Source of the DNA: Terriglobia bacterium
GTDB lineage: Bacteria; Acidobacteriota; Terriglobia; JAJPHL01; JAPKYU01
DNA: 64,000 nucleotides
Direction: 5' to 3'
Assembly (NCBI GenBank): GCA_965223005.1
Contig: CBDCVK010000002.1
Coordinates: forward strand, 192,001 to 256,000
Part shown: one piece after another, positions 1-12,234 of the stretch
How positions within the stretch are numbered: the stretch's first letter is position 1
Layout: each line of letters begins with the position of its first letter
Program-made: the position numbers and the translations under genes
The notes under the pieces: model-generated
Databases searched by the model: none
What the model was told of the DNA's origin: nothing
Seen by the model: the letters and a program-made list of their open reading frames with translations, nothing else

Positions 1-1807
1 CCGATACAGTGTAACGCCCTCCCTCTTCGACCCGCACCAGGGCGTTCTTGAATCGCTCCTTTCCCTCCCGGTTCTGCACTGCAATTTCGACCTTTTCGAA
101 GATGCCCAGGTCATAGAGCCGGCGCTGGGTCTCCAGGATGTCTGATTGGCTGAGCGGCTCACCCTCTTTTAGCAAAAGCTGCTGGTCCACAATGTAGCTG
201 CGCGTGGTGTCGAGTCCGCTGATCAACACCTGTTCGATGTACTGCCGTGGCCCCTCGGAAATCTTGTAAATCAGGTCAACCTGTTCCTGTCCGCCCTCGA
301 CCGGTTGGACTTCCCAGTTGAAGGTGGCCTCGGGGAAGCCACGGTTGAAGTACTGGCTCAGCACGTTGGCTCGGTCCAGCCGGACATTGAAGTCGCTAAA
401 CGGCTGACCGTCGGCGCAGGCCACCAAGCCTCGCAACTCCTCGGCGGGGATTTCCAGGGCGCCCTTGATGGTTAGCTTCCGCACCAGCGTCTGCGGACCT
501 TCATCCACACGAAGGCGGACAGCCATGTGCCCCTGCTTGTCCTGATAGTCGTCCTGTACACCGGAAGTGACCCGCACGTTGCGGAACCCGTTGGCCACAT
601 ACAGGTTCCGGATTGCCATCACATCCTTTTTCAGCAGATCGCCGCTAAAGCGGCCGTCACTCATCAGCCCCTTCTCCGTCACAAACATACGTTCCCGGAG
701 CGTCGGCGTGTCGAAGTAACGATTTCCGGTGATCTCCAGCAGCTCCACCTGATGGTCGGGGCCGGGCTCGACGTGATATTCCACCACCATCTTTTCCCCG
801 CCGGCTTCCGGGCTGCCGGCTTCCGAGTGGGTATGTGCCTCCACGCTGACGTCGAAGTGGCCCTGGCGCTGGTAGAAGTCCAGCAAGTTGTCTTTACCTT
901 CACGCACCAGATCGGCGTCTACGACGCCCTCGGTGTAGATGGGAAGCAGCTCGCGGCGCTTGTTGTCAGATAGCTTGGCGCCGACGACATTGACCTCGAC
1001 CTGGGGCCCGCCGTTGACTTCCAGCACCAGCAGCACCCCGTTTTCCTGGGGAAGGTAGCGCCGCTCGACGATGGCAATTTCCGCTTCCAGGTATTTTCTC
1101 TTCCTGTAGTGCTTTCGCAGGCGGCGGAGCGCTTTTTGGAGTCGCTGCTGGGTCACTTCTTGACCCGGCTTGAGCTTGGCAGCGTGCAGGACCTTTTCCG
1201 GTGGGAAGCGGGGCGTGCCCGTGACCTGCACTTGGGAGATGCGCGCTTGCTCGCCCGCTTGGACTTGAAAATGGAGATCCACCTGCTGGATTTCAGGATG
1301 CAATTGCACCCGAGGCTCGATGCCTGCCTGGTAAAAGCCATGCTCTTGGAGCAACCGGCGCAGGCCTTGGATGGCCCGCGCGTGATTTCCCTCTGTCCAC
1401 AGCTCACCGAACTGCAACCTGGTGCTGTTGACCAGTTGCCCGCGGTTCGGGGGCTCTTGGACGCCTTCGACGAAGACACCCCCCACGAAGTAGTTTTCCC
1501 TGGTGATGAAGGTCAGGGTGAGGCCATCCGCCTGCCGTTGGGCGTCCACCTGGATATCGAGAAAACGCCCGGTCGCGTAAAGCCGCTGGATGCTCTGGCG
1601 GACCTTGCCCACGCTGTACACATCGTCGCGTTGGATGGCCAGCAATTCCTGTAGGCGCTGCTTGTCCAGAGCCGCCTGGGTCTCGATGCGGATTTCGCGG
1701 ACGGGCAGTTCTTGCAGTTCATCCGCGAAAACCGAGCCGGCTAGCAAAAGGGGCCCGGCTAGGAAAAGGGGAACGAAGAGCAACCTTGATATCCAACGGA
1801 GCACCAT
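1..1807 (-). CDS. BamA/TamA (Omp85) family outer-membrane protein, POTRA-domain N-terminal part (runs off window)
   Basis: Manual translation from ATG 1807: MVLRWISRLLFVPLFLAGPLLLAGSVFADELQELPVREIRIE...KVRQSIQRLYATGRFLDIQVDA. Signal peptide plus POTRA-like repeats; near base 100 it reads QRRLYDLGIFEKV. Absent from the ORF track because the stop lies outside the window. Confidence 0.8.
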   Translation of the reverse strand, partial: MVLRWISRLLFVPLFLAGPLLLAGSVFADELQELPVREIRIETQAALDKQRLQELLAIQRDDVYSVGKVRQSIQRLYATGRFLDIQVDAQRQADGLTLTFITRENYFVGGVFVEGVQEPPNRGQLVNSTRLQFGELWTEGNHARAIQGLRRLLQEHGFYQAGIEPRVQLHPEIQQVDLHFQVQAGEQARISQVQVTGTPRFPPEKVLHAAKLKPGQEVTQQRLQKALRRLRKHYRKRKYLEAEIAIVERRYLPQENGVLLVLEVNGGPQVEVNVVGAKLSDNKRRELLPIYTEGVVDADLVREGKDNLLDFYQRQGHFDVSVEAHTHSEAGSPEAGGEKMVVEYHVEPGPDHQVELLEITGNRYFDTPTLRERMFVTEKGLMSDGRFSGDLLKKDVMAIRNLYVANGFRNVRVTSGVQDDYQDKQGHMAVRLRVDEGPQTLVRKLTIKGALEIPAEELRGLVACADGQPFSDFNVRLDRANVLSQYFNRGFPEATFNWEVQPVEGGQEQVDLIYKISEGPRQYIEQVLISGLDTTRSYIVDQQLLLKEGEPLSQSDILETQRRLYDLGIFEKVEIAVQNREGKERFKNALVRVEEGGRYTVS

Positions 1808-1892
1808 TCTTGGTTGGGCCGGAGAAACTTGCACCACGATGCGGCCAGCCGCGTTGCCAACGCCGGGACGGCCGCGCAGTCTCTTCAAGAAG

Positions 1893-1898
1893 TATAAT
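1893..1898 (+). promoter_or_regulatory. Putative -10 box (TATAAT) 6 nt before the ThiF GTG; possible leaderless transcript
   Basis: Perfect TATAAT in GC-rich DNA and no Shine-Dalgarno before GTG 1905. Confidence 0.4.
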
Positions 1899-1904
1899 AG
1901 TCTC

Positions 1905-2927
1905 GTGCCAGACGTCGCGGAAGAGAAATACTCGCGCCAGGTGTTGTTTGCAGGCTTGGGACTCGAAGGACAGCGGCGCTTGCGTGAGTCGCGCGCGCTG
2001 GTTGTCGGCTGCGGCGCGCTGGGCAGCTTCAGCGCCAATGCACTGGTCCGTGCTGGCGTGGGCCGCCTCACCGTGGTGGACCGCGATTTCGTGGAACCCA
2101 GCAATTTGCAGCGCCAGATGTTGTTCGACGAGGCCGATGCCCTCGAGTCGCTGCCCAAGGCGACCGCAGCCCAACGGCACCTGCGCCGGATCAATTCCGA
2201 CGTCGTCGTGGAAGGTCGCGTGGCTGACGTCACGCCCGACAACGTCGAGGAACTGGTCTCAGGAGCGGACGTCGTCCTGGATGGCACCGACAATTTTGAG
2301 ACCCGTTACTTAATCAATGACGCCTGCGTCAAGCTGGGGGTTCCCTGGATCTACGCGGCGGCAGTGGGCAGCTACGGCGCGACGATGCCGGTACTGCCGG
2401 GACGCACCGCCTGCCTGGCCTGCCTGTTCCCAGAGCCTCCCGCGGGCGCCGGTGAAACTTGCGAGACGGTAGGCATCCTCAGCAGCGCAGCGGCTGCTGT
2501 GGCCTCCCTCCAGGTAGCCGACGCCCTTAAGGTGCTGGGCGGAGCGCTGGAGCGGGTGGAAGCGCGCTTGTTCACCGTGGACGTATGGGAAAACCGGGTG
2601 CGCACACTGCGCGTGGGCTCGCCGGTAGCCGGCTGCCAGGTTTGTGGGAGCCGCCAGTTCCGGCACCTGGCCGGCGAGCGCCGAGCCCACATTACCCTGT
2701 GTGGACGCAATTCGGTGCAGATCCACGAGCGCGCGCGCCCCCTGGATTTTGGCCTGTTAAGCTCACGCCTGAAGCCGCTGGGTCAAGTACGTTACAACGA
2801 GTTTGTGCTGAGGTTCTTTGTCGCGCCTTACGAGATGACGCTGTTTCCCGACGGGCGTGCGATCATCAAAGGGACCACCGATCCCGGTGTGGCACGGAGC
2901 CTCTACGCGCGCTACATCGGCAATTAG
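1905..2927 (+). CDS. ThiF/MoeB family adenylyltransferase
   Basis: YSRQ, VVGCGALG, DRDFVEPSNLQRQ, DGTDNFETRYLIND, CLACL and CxxC motifs. Start inferred at GTG 1905. Confidence 0.92.
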   Translation: MPDVAEEKYSRQVLFAGLGLEGQRRLRESRALVVGCGALGSFSANALVRAGVGRLTVVDRDFVEPSNLQRQMLFDEADALESLPKATAAQRHLRRINSDVVVEGRVADVTPDNVEELVSGADVVLDGTDNFETRYLINDACVKLGVPWIYAAAVGSYGATMPVLPGRTACLACLFPEPPAGAGETCETVGILSSAAAAVASLQVADALKVLGGALERVEARLFTVDVWENRVRTLRVGSPVAGCQVCGSRQFRHLAGERRAHITLCGRNSVQIHERARPLDFGLLSSRLKPLGQVRYNEFVLRFFVAPYEMTLFPDGRAIIKGTTDPGVARSLYARYIGN

Positions 2928-3040
2928 CGGCCCGCGAGGTAGCCCGTGAGGTAGGATGATAGCAATGGGATCGCTCCGTCGGCTAATTCCATTAGGCGGG
3001 CGGATTGTCGGTGTCACTCTGGCGAGGCATTGTGGGTGGA

Positions 3041-3928
3041 ATGAAGCCGAGACGCAAACCGAGTCCAGAAGCTGAACGCAAGCTGAGCGAGCATCTCGCG
3101 GGAGTCCTGTACGTCGTGGGCACCCCCATCGGCAACCTGGAGGACATCACGCTGCGGGCTCTGAAAACGCTCAAGGAAGTGGACTTGGTGGCGTGTGAGG
3201 ACACCCGCCGGACGCAGCAACTGCTTCGACACTACCACTTGAGCACACCCACCACCAGCTACCACGAGCACAATGAGCTGACCAGGGCAGCGGAACTGAT
3301 CCTGGAGCTGGAGCAGGGGGCCCGGATTGCCCTGGTGAGCGACGCCGGCATGCCCGGCCTCTCCGACCCCGGCTACCGGCTCATCGCACTGTGTATCCGC
3401 CACCATATCCCGGTGATTCCCATTCCGGGGGCCTCCGCCGTCGTGGCTGCCCTGGTGGTCTCCGGCTTGCCGACCGATGCCTTTCGCTTCGGCGGCTTCC
3501 TACCGGCCAAAAGCCTCCAGCGCCGCAAAATGCTCCAGGAGTATGGCGAGGAGCGCAAGACGCTCATCTTTTACGAGGCTCCGCATCGCATCCTGGAGAC
3601 GCTCCAGGACGTCGATCAGGTGCTGGGAAACCGGCAGGTCGTGGTGGCCCGCGAGTTAACCAAGGTGCACGAGGAATTCCTGCGAGGGCACTGCCTGGAA
3701 GTGCTGGAGCAGTTCCGCCAACGGGGTCAGGCGCAGGGTGAAATCACCTTGCTGATCCGCGGCGCAGAGAAGCAGCCCCGGCTCGTGGCTCGGATGCCGT
3801 TGCGTCAGCGCGTCGAGCAAATCATGCGAGAGGAAAGGCTGGACCGGATGGCCGCGCTCAAGAGGGTGGCCCGGGAACAAGGCATTTCCAAGCGTCAGGC
3901 TTACCAGAAGTACGAGAGGGGAGAATAA
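3041..3928 (+). CDS. rsmI: 16S rRNA (cytidine-1402-2'-O)-methyltransferase
   Basis: LYVVGTPIGNLEDITLRAL, ACEDTR, VSDAGMPGLSDPG, FYEAPHR, ARELTKVHEE. Confidence 0.95.
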   Translation: MKPRRKPSPEAERKLSEHLAGVLYVVGTPIGNLEDITLRALKTLKEVDLVACEDTRRTQQLLRHYHLSTPTTSYHEHNELTRAAELILELEQGARIALVSDAGMPGLSDPGYRLIALCIRHHIPVIPIPGASAVVAALVVSGLPTDAFRFGGFLPAKSLQRRKMLQEYGEERKTLIFYEAPHRILETLQDVDQVLGNRQVVVARELTKVHEEFLRGHCLEVLEQFRQRGQAQGEITLLIRGAEKQPRLVARMPLRQRVEQIMREERLDRMAALKRVAREQGISKRQAYQKYERGE

Positions 3929-4059
3929 CCGCGCTGTTCCTGTTTCGCCCGAAGTAGCAGGCGCCCTTCTTCGTCCCAGCGGTCCTGTCTTACAGGTGCG
4001 TGATCCAAGGTTTTTCAGAAACGGGGTTTTCAGAGACAGCGCTTTTCGGGGACGGGCGA

Positions 4060-4386
4060 CTACGTTTCTTTTACAAACGTGCGGAACTGAGGTCCGGTGA
4101 ACTCGACGGCGATGCGAAATTCATCGCCTTCCGGAAAAATCCGGATGATCTTGCCGGTGGTGAAGAAGGGGGCCTGCTCGCGCGTGCCGATGGGCGGCCG
4201 GGGAATCACGATGTCGAGTTCGGCGCCCGGCTCCAATTCGCGCTTGGTGAGAAATGCCAGTCCGCCTCGGCTGATGTTCTCCGAGCTGGCGGCTTCATCG
4301 AAAGGGCTCCCTAAGCGGTCTGTGCCCTTGATCAGCGCCTGCATGCTGACGCTCAGGCGGGATTGCTTGCGATGTTCGACGCCCAT
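4060..4386 (-). CDS. PilZ domain protein
   Basis: EHRKQSR (RxxxR) and NISRGG (D/NxSxxG) motifs, 108 aa. Confidence 0.85.
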   Translation of the reverse strand: MGVEHRKQSRLSVSMQALIKGTDRLGSPFDEAASSENISRGGLAFLTKRELEPGAELDIVIPRPPIGTREQAPFFTTGKIIRIFPEGDEFRIAVEFTGPQFRTFVKET

Positions 4387-4559
4387 AGGCTAGCTCGAAG
4401 CTAGGCTAGCACAGATCCGCTGCGCATTTCCATACGCGCCTTGCTTTCAAGGAGTTGCAGGTCAGCGCTGCGGCTTCTTTTTGCGGAGCCGGCGACTCTC
4501 TTTCGACGAGCCTGCTTTGAGCCGCGGGATTCGCCCGGGTGCACGACGGACTCGAGTTC

Positions 4560-6746
4560 TTATGTTTCCCGAGGGTTGCCGGCCCATAATCCAGGTGACA
4601 CAGGGCGGAGGGCTCCGGGAGGGTTGCCCAGCAACTCAGACAGCGCGGCAGGCTCGTCCACCGGATGTTCGCAGGCGTAGTGTCGGCAGACGTAGGCGGT
4701 GGACCGACTATTGCGTGGAGTCATGGCAGCCAGAAAAGGGAGAGTGGGGCTCAGTTCAGCACGCGCCATCGCGTCCGCCAACAGCAGCACCTTGTTCGGG
4801 AGAAACCGCTCGTGCACCACACGCAGCAAGGCCTGCGTGTGCGGATCATCGCGCTCGCCGGCAATAACGATCTGCGTGGGCTCATCCTGTTGAAAGGCGA
4901 AGGCGACCAGCATCTGAGGCAGCGCCTGGGGTGCTTCAGTCAGTCGCACGGAAAAAGCCTGAAGGGTTAGCTCCGCCTTCTGGCGCCACTCCGTACGGTC
5001 CAACATCACGGCCAGACGCAGCAGGTTCAGCGCTGCGATTGAGTTGCCCGAGGGCTCTGCTCCATCGTAGTCATCCTTCAAACGAAGCAGAACCGAAGGG
5101 TCGCGGCCTGAAGTCGCGAAGAAACCGCCGCCTTCGGCGTCCCAGAACAACTCCGTCATTCGTTCGGTAAGCCGGGTTGCCAACCGCAGCCACTCCAGTT
5201 CAAAGCAGGCTTCGTAGAGGTCCAGCAGCGCCTGAATCAGGAACGCGTAGTCTTCCAGGTATCCTTGGAAAGCCACCTGGCCGTCGCGATAGCGCCGGTA
5301 CAAAGTCGCCTCCCGCTCGTTCCAAAGGGTGGAGGTGAGAAAGCGTGCTGCCCGGCGCGCCGCATCCAGGTAACGTGAGGCGTTGGGCTCGTGCCCCAGC
5401 ACCTGGTATGCCCGCGCCAGCGTGGAAATCATTAGACCATTCCAGGCGCAGAGGACCTTGTCGTCCAGGTGGGGGCGCGGGCGGCGGTCGCGACCCGCCC
5501 GCAGCTTCTGGCGGGCTCCCTCGAGTGCCTCCTCGACCTCCTCCGCCGTCCTTCCAGACGCCGCCATTTCTTCCAACGAGCGCATCACGTGCAGCACATT
5601 CTTGCCCGCCAGCTCGCCATGCGGATCTTCGGCGTTTCCCTTGGCCTTGACCCCATAGCGAGAATTGAACAATTCGGCGTCCGGGCCCAGAAGGTGCTCG
5701 ATTTCCGGCTCCGTCCAAACGTAGAAAGCGCCCTCGGCGCGTTCGGGGCGCCCGGCTTCCAGCAGGCTGTCGGCATCTTCGGCCGAGTAGAAAGCGCCCG
5801 AGGCGGGATCAGTCAGGTCGTGCAGCACATATTCGATGGTCTCCCGCGCGATCCGGGCGAAGAATTCGTCGCGGCTGATCTGGTAGCCTTCCAGGTAGCT
5901 GACAGCCAGCTGTGCCTGGTCGTAAAGCATCTTCTCGAAGTGCGGTACGTGCCAAAAGCCGTCCACCGAATAGCGATGAAAGCCGCCGCCCAGGTGGTCG
6001 TACATGCCACCGTTCGCCATGGCCGACAGAGTAGCCAGCACCATGTGCGCCGCCTCCTCGTCGCCGGTGCGCGCAAAGTAGCGAAGCAGAAAATCATGGG
6101 TCACCGGGCGAGGGAACTTGGGCGCCGCCCCAAAGCCGCCGTGCCTGCGGTCGTAGGCCTGCTGGAAAATCTTGAAGGTGCGGTAGAGCACACTGCTGTC
6201 CACGAGTTGCCGCCCAAAGACGGCTGCCGCCCCGCGCAGCTGCGCGATCATGTTTTCACTGGAGCGCACCACCACATCGCGTTGTTGCTGCCAGACTTCG
6301 GCGATTTTCTCCAGCACGGTGCGGAATCCGGGCCGTCCAAAGCGGTCCTCGGGCGGGAAATACGTGCCGCCGTAGAAGGGGTTCAAGTCCGGCGTCAGCC
6401 AGACCGACATCGGCCAGCCCCCGCTGCCGGTGCTCGCCTGCACGTAGGTCATGTACACTCGGTCCACATCGGGGCGCTCCTCACGATCCACTTTGATGTT
6501 GACGAACCACCGGTTCATCAGCTCAGCTGTCGCCGCATCCTCGAACGACTCCCGCTCCATGACGTGGCACCAGTGGCAGGTGGAGTAGCCGACGGAGAGA
6601 AAGATGGGACGGTCCTGCTCACGGGCCTGGCGGAATGCCTCTTCACCCCAGGAGTGCCAATCCACCGGGTTGTGAGCATGCTGGAGCAGGTAGGGGCTTT
6701 TCTCCTCGATGAGTCGATTCGGTTGACGGTTCGGCTGTTTGGACAA
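4560..6746 (-). CDS. Thioredoxin-domain protein, YyaL/SPATA20 (DUF255) family
   Basis: [50 protein letters not shown]. Confidence 0.93.
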   Translation of the reverse strand: MSKQPNRQPNRLIEEKSPYLLQHAHNPVDWHSWGEEAFRQAREQDRPIFLSVGYSTCHWCHVMERESFEDAATAELMNRWFVNIKVDREERPDVDRVYMTYVQASTGSGGWPMSVWLTPDLNPFYGGTYFPPEDRFGRPGFRTVLEKIAEVWQQQRDVVVRSSENMIAQLRGAAAVFGRQLVDSSVLYRTFKIFQQAYDRRHGGFGAAPKFPRPVTHDFLLRYFARTGDEEAAHMVLATLSAMANGGMYDHLGGGFHRYSVDGFWHVPHFEKMLYDQAQLAVSYLEGYQISRDEFFARIARETIEYVLHDLTDPASGAFYSAEDADSLLEAGRPERAEGAFYVWTEPEIEHLLGPDAELFNSRYGVKAKGNAEDPHGELAGKNVLHVMRSLEEMAASGRTAEEVEEALEGARQKLRAGRDRRPRPHLDDKVLCAWNGLMISTLARAYQVLGHEPNASRYLDAARRAARFLTSTLWNEREATLYRRYRDGQVAFQGYLEDYAFLIQALLDLYEACFELEWLRLATRLTERMTELFWDAEGGGFFATSGRDPSVLLRLKDDYDGAEPSGNSIAALNLLRLAVMLDRTEWRQKAELTLQAFSVRLTEAPQALPQMLVAFAFQQDEPTQIVIAGERDDPHTQALLRVVHERFLPNKVLLLADAMARAELSPTLPFLAAMTPRNSRSTAYVCRHYACEHPVDEPAALSELLGNPPGALRPVSPGLWAGNPRET

Positions 6747-7033
6747 TATCGTTTCCTTTCTTCACGAGGAGGACTGCCCGGGAACCGATGCCGCTGCTCA
6801 GGCTACAGCAAGTCTGAAGGAACCGCAATGCGGCTGCCGGGGGAAGGGAATCACGGAAAATCCCCACTGCTGCCTTATCATGTGGTGCGCGGGATTATGT
6901 GGCGCGCCGGCCACCCGACCCGGCGGCTTCCAAGGACACCTCGGGACGAGACAAGCATGAGGCATGTGTTGGGAAAGTTGGCAATCAGCTAGGGTTACAT
7001 TGAGAAGGTTGCTCTCTAAGGAGGGAGTGCGAA

Positions 7034-8104
7034 ATGGAACAGTTCCTGATTGGTGCGGCTGGTTGGGTAGTGTGGGTGTACTCAGGAGCCATCCTGGTGG
7101 TGGCGGTTCTTGTAGCCCTGCTCGGGCACTATCTCGTCTTTTCTGCGGCGAAGCGGGTTGCTGGGCGAACCGAAAGCCAAGTCGACGACTTGCTGATCCA
7201 GCACGGACGAAAACCGGCCCGGCTGATCTTCCCGCTTCTGGGGGTCTTTCTGATTCTGGTGGCTTTGCCGCTCCCACCGGGTCCGGTTGGAGCAATCCGG
7301 CACGGCCTAGGCCTGGCTTTGATTGCCTCGGTCGCATGGCTGATTGTGCGGCTCTTTCAGGTCTTTGACGACCTCATTGCCATCAAATACAGGGTTGACG
7401 TCGAAGACAATCTGGCAGCGCGTCGGATCCAAACGCAGGTCCGAGTCCTTCGGCGCATTGGCGTGGTCATCGTTGGCGTCGTGACTCTCGGTCTGATGTT
7501 GATGACCTTCCCGAGTGTCTGGAATCTCGGCGCTGGGCTGTTCGCTTCGGCAGGGGCCGTCGGCCTGATCATGGGCATGGCCGCACGGCCAGCGCTTTCG
7601 AACCTGCTGGCGGGTATCCAGATTGCCATGACCCAACCCATCCGCCTCGATGACGTTGTGATTGTGGAGGGCGAATGGGGCTGGATCGAAGAGATTGGTG
7701 CCACCTATGTCGTTGTGCGCATTTGGGACCTTCGCCGGCTGGTGTTACCGCTCACGTATTTTATGGAACGGCCCTTCCAAAATTGGACCCGCAGCTCGGC
7801 CGACATTCTGGGCACCGTTTCTGTCTACGCCGATTACAGCGTGCCGGTCCAGGAGGTGCGCGAGGAGCTACACCGTATCCTGCAAGCTTCGGATCTGTGG
7901 GACGGCAAGGTCTGGAATCTGCAGGTCACCAACGCCACCGAGCACACCATGGAGCTGCGGGCGCTAATGAGCTCTGTGGACTCGGGAGCATCCTGGAACC
8001 TGCGCTGCCATGTCCGCGAGAAGTTGATTGCATTCCTGAAGGAGCGTTGCCCGGAGAGCCTGCCTCGCACGCGGGCGGAAGTTCGAACCGCTGCCCTGGC
8101 CTGA
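7034..8104 (+). CDS. Small-conductance mechanosensitive channel (MscS family)
   Basis: Several TM helices; NLLAGIQIAMTQPIRLDDVVIVEGEWGWIEEI, PFQNWTR. Confidence 0.92.
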   Translation: MEQFLIGAAGWVVWVYSGAILVVAVLVALLGHYLVFSAAKRVAGRTESQVDDLLIQHGRKPARLIFPLLGVFLILVALPLPPGPVGAIRHGLGLALIASVAWLIVRLFQVFDDLIAIKYRVDVEDNLAARRIQTQVRVLRRIGVVIVGVVTLGLMLMTFPSVWNLGAGLFASAGAVGLIMGMAARPALSNLLAGIQIAMTQPIRLDDVVIVEGEWGWIEEIGATYVVVRIWDLRRLVLPLTYFMERPFQNWTRSSADILGTVSVYADYSVPVQEVREELHRILQASDLWDGKVWNLQVTNATEHTMELRALMSSVDSGASWNLRCHVREKLIAFLKERCPESLPRTRAEVRTAALA

Positions 8105-8249
8105 GGAGTGACCAGTCTGCGATCGTATCCCGGGGTGCAAGAGCGCAGGCGCGATTGCGCCCTTGCCACGCGGAAACTCACGCCGGGCGAGATGGACATA
8201 CGACCCCATCGGGTGTAGCCTTGGTCATTCTCTTCCGAAGCAGACAGCT

Positions 8250-11200
8250 ATGCCTACGTCCTTGATTCGTAGCGTGGGACCGGGAATGGCGCTGCTAGCG
8301 CTTGGGCTGCTAGCCAGCGGCTTGATGAAGCTGGATTCGGGCCCACTCCTTGCTAATAAGCCATCCTCCGCAGCGAAAACTCCGACGGTCAACAAGCCGC
8401 AGGTGGTGGAGAACTACGGCAAGCTACCCCTGAGCTTTGAAGCCAATCAGGGGCAGAGCGACAGCCAGGTGGACTTCCTGTCGCGGGGCAGCGGCTACAC
8501 GCTGTTCTTGACCCCAACTGAGGCCGTGTTGGCCTTGCGCAAGCCCGTCGCGTCCAACAAACCGCGCGGAGACAATGCGTTGCCACCCAATGCAGAAGCA
8601 GAGCAGGCTCCTGCTATCCCGCCCGCAGTGGTGCGCATGAAGTTGGTCGGCGCCAACCCGTCGCCGCGGGTGTCGGGACTGGACGAGCTGCCTGGCAAGA
8701 GCAACTACTTCCTCGGCAACGATCCCGACAAATGGCGCACCGATGTGCCTCACTACGCCAAGGTGTCCTACAAGGATGTTTATCCCGGCGTGGACTTGGT
8801 TTACTACGGCAATCAGCGCCAACTGGAGTATGACCTGGTGGTCGGGCCGGGGGCCGATCCGGCCGCCATCGCGCTCAGCTTTGACGGTGTCGAGAGGCTC
8901 CGGATTGATGCCCAGGGCGACCTTGTGCTAGACACCGCTGACGGAGAGATCCGCCAGCACAAGCCTCTGGTGTATCAGGAGGTGGACGACGTCCGGCGGG
9001 AAATCCCTGGGGCCTACGTGCTCAGCGGCGAGCGGCAGGTGGGCTTCGAGGTGGCCGCCTATGATTCCAGCCAGCCTCTGATCATTGATCCGGTGCTGGC
9101 ATATTCCACCTACCTCGGGGGCAGCGACGGCGACCGGGGCGAAGACATTGCCGTAGATTCCTCCGGCAACGCCTACGTCACGGGCAGGACGTTTTCGACC
9201 GACTTCCCTACTGTGAATCCCTTCCAGGCCGCCCTCGGGGGCACTAGTGGTGATGTTGACGTATTTGTGACGAAACTGAATGCCGCCGGCAACACTGTGG
9301 TTTACTCCACCTACCTCGGGGGTAGTGACGAAGATTTCGGCCCCGACATCGCCGTCGACAGCTCGGGCAATGCCTACGTGACAAGCAGAACGAAGTCGAC
9401 CGACTTCCCCACGGCCAATCCATTCCAGGCTACCCACGGCGGCGGTGGCCTCGACGGCTTTGTGGCAAAATTGAATCCCTCCGGCAGCGCTTGGGTTTAT
9501 GCCACCTACCTGGGCGGCATTAGCAGCGATGAACCCACAGACATTGCGGCAGATGCGTCAGGTAACGCCTACGTGACAGGGGAGACCGCGTCGACGAACT
9601 TCCCCACGGCTAATCCAATACAGGGCACTAAGGCCCTCGGTGACGACGTCTTTGTGACCAAGTTTAATCCCGCCGGTAGTGCCCTGGTGTACTCCACCTA
9701 CCTGGGCGGTAATGGCACCCCCGACACTGGCTTTGCCATTGCCGTAGACGCCTCGGGCAACGCCTACGTGACCGGGGAGACGAATTCGACCGACTTCCCT
9801 ACTGTGAATCCCTTTCAGTCAACTCTCCTTGGAGGCCGCGACGCTTTCATTGCTAAAATCCGTCCAGATATATCGGTCCCGACTTGCACCTACTCGATTT
9901 CCCCGACCAGTGAATCGTTCCCAGCGAGTGGGGGAACCGGCAGCGTGCTGGTGTCAACGCGCTGTGGCTGGAACGCCAAGAGCGACGTGAGCTGGATCAC
10001 CATCACCTCGGCCGCTAGCGGCGGCGGCACTGGCCGGGTGGAGTACTCGGTGGAGGCCAATCCCGACACCGGTTCGCGCATGGGGACGCTGACCATCACC
10101 GGCGGGCAGATCCTCACGGTGACCCAGGCAGGAATGGTCGAGGTTCCTCCGGCCTTGATCGTGACTCCGACCCTGGGCTTTTTCGGAACTGTGGGAGACT
10201 CGCCTGCGCGCCAGGGCTTTCAAATCGGCAGCGACGGCGAGCCGGTGAACTGGACCGCCACGGTCAGGCTGCTGAACGGAAGCGGCTGGCTAACTGTTTC
10301 TCCCAGCTCGGGCGCGGCCAGCCTGGCGCAGCCAGCGGTTGTGATTGCAACGGTCAACTACGGCGCGCTGGGCGGCGCCGGAGTGTTCCAGGCGGTGATT
10401 ACGGTGACCGATACGGCGACCGGCTCTTCGGTCACAGTTCAGGTGACGGCGGTCTTGAGCGCTCCCGTAGCCCGACTGTCGTTGAGCCAGACGTCATTCA
10501 CGTTCCAGGGGATATCCGGCTGGCCGCCTCCTCCGCAGAGCCTTACGGTGTTCAACCAAGGAGCGGGAACGTTGAACTGGTCGCTTTCGGGACTCCCTTC
10601 GTGGCTCACAGCTTCCCCGCCGTCGGGAACGGCAGGGGCGGGCTCGTCCTCCCTGGTCACGCTGACAGCGAATCTGACGGGTCAGGCTACCGGTGTTTTC
10701 CAGGCGCTGGTGACCGCATCCGCTCCGGGAGCAAGCGGTGATCCGCAACTGGTCTCGGTGACGTTGAACGTCGTATCAACGAGCACGGCTCCTTTGGCAG
10801 ACCTAAGTCCGAATGGGATGCTATTCGTCGCCGAGGACGGCGTCACCATACAGCAGGCCGGCACTGTGCCGGGGGCGCAGGAGTTGACGGTGAACAACAC
10901 GGGGGGAGGAACCCTCACGGCAGATTTTGTGGCTGCGACCAGTTCCGGCGGGGAGTGGCTGATGGTGAGCCCGCCGAGCGGGACCGCGTCGGGGGGGGCC
11001 GTTCCCGACGCAGGTTTCGGTAAATCCTGTGGGGCTGGCGCCGGGCGTTTACCGGGGCACTGTTGACGGCAGCTTCTCCTCCAGCGGGCCACAGGAGGTG
11101 GAAGTGTTGCTAATTGTGACGCCGCCGGGCACGTCGCTGCAGACGCAGTCGGGTCTGCCGGGTGCGACCCAGTGCGCTCCATCGGGGCTGCAGTTGCTGT

Positions 11201-12195
11201 CCACGACCATCGGAAGTGGCCTGAGCCTGCCGGTTTCCTTTCCCCGTGTGCTGACCGCGTTGCTGGTGGACAACTGCGGCAGCGCGGTGGACAACGCCAC
11301 GCTGGTGGCCGGGGTGGAAGGTTTGAACATCCCGTTGCGAGGGCTGGGGACCGGCTTGTACAGCGGCACCTGGGTGCCGCAGAGCGAGGCGGCGGAGGTG
11401 ACGGTGACCTTTGCCGCACTGCATCCCGACTTTACCCAGGTGCAGCGGTCCTTCACGGTGGAGACGGCAGCGGCGGCGGGGGCGGTGAGTTTGCCGACGT
11501 TGTTCGCCGACGGGGTGGTGGAAGGGGCCGGCTTCACGAAGCGGCGGCCGCTGTCTCCCGGCGGCATCATTTCCCTGTTTGGCGAGCGCTTCGCTGGCGA
11601 GAACAATTTCGCCACTCAGCTACCGCTGGAGCGGGAGCTGGCCGGGGTGAGCGTGCGCGTCGGCGGCCAGGATGCGCCACTGTATTTCGTCGGTCCGGGG
11701 CAGATCAACGCACAGGTGCCGTTTGAGGTGAGCCATGGCGACAGCGTTCCGGTCGCGACCAGTGTGGGTGGCCTGCTGACGGCGCCGCAGAACTACTTGA
11801 TTGCACCTGCACAGCCGGGCATCTTCATTGCGGGTGACAGCGCCGCCATCCTGGACGCCTCGTTCCTGCTGGTGACGGCGCAGAACCCGGTAGGCCCTGG
11901 CGACACGATACAGATCTTCTGCACCGGTCTGGGGGCCGTGCAGGAGCAGGTGGAAACGGGAGCCCCGGCTCCCTCGTTCAGCACTGTGCAACTGCCGGTG
12001 ACGGTGACCATCGGGGAGATCGAAGCCGCGGTAGCCTTCCAGGGGCTAGCGCCGGGTTTTGTGGGACTCTACCAAGTGAACGTGGTGGTGCCGGCCGGCG
12101 TTGCGCCGGGCGGCGCCGTCCCGCTGGTCCTCACGCAGAACGGGATTGTCGCCAACCCGGATCTGCCCGTGACCATTCCCGTGCAGGCGCCCTGA
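8250..12195 (+). CDS. Secreted SBBP-repeat/BACON-like protein with TIGR03437-type C-terminal domain, frameshifted at a G8 tract (10991-10998)
   Basis: YGKLPLSFEANQGQ, repeated YSTYLGG...IAVDSSGNAYVTG, CTYSISP, and C-terminal GLAPGFVGLYQVN. ORFs 8163-11066 and 11029-12195 join in frame if G8 is G7 (SGGPFPTQVSVNPVGLAPGVY). Confidence 0.85.
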
Positions 12196-12234
12196 GGCGG
12201 CCTGTACGAGAACAACTAAAGCAAAATCTGCGGA

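Noticed and set aside
5469-6992. Long opposite-strand ORFs (e.g. 5469-6992, 34714-36051, 51502-53181)
   Set aside because: Antisense shadows of well-supported genes in GC-rich DNA.
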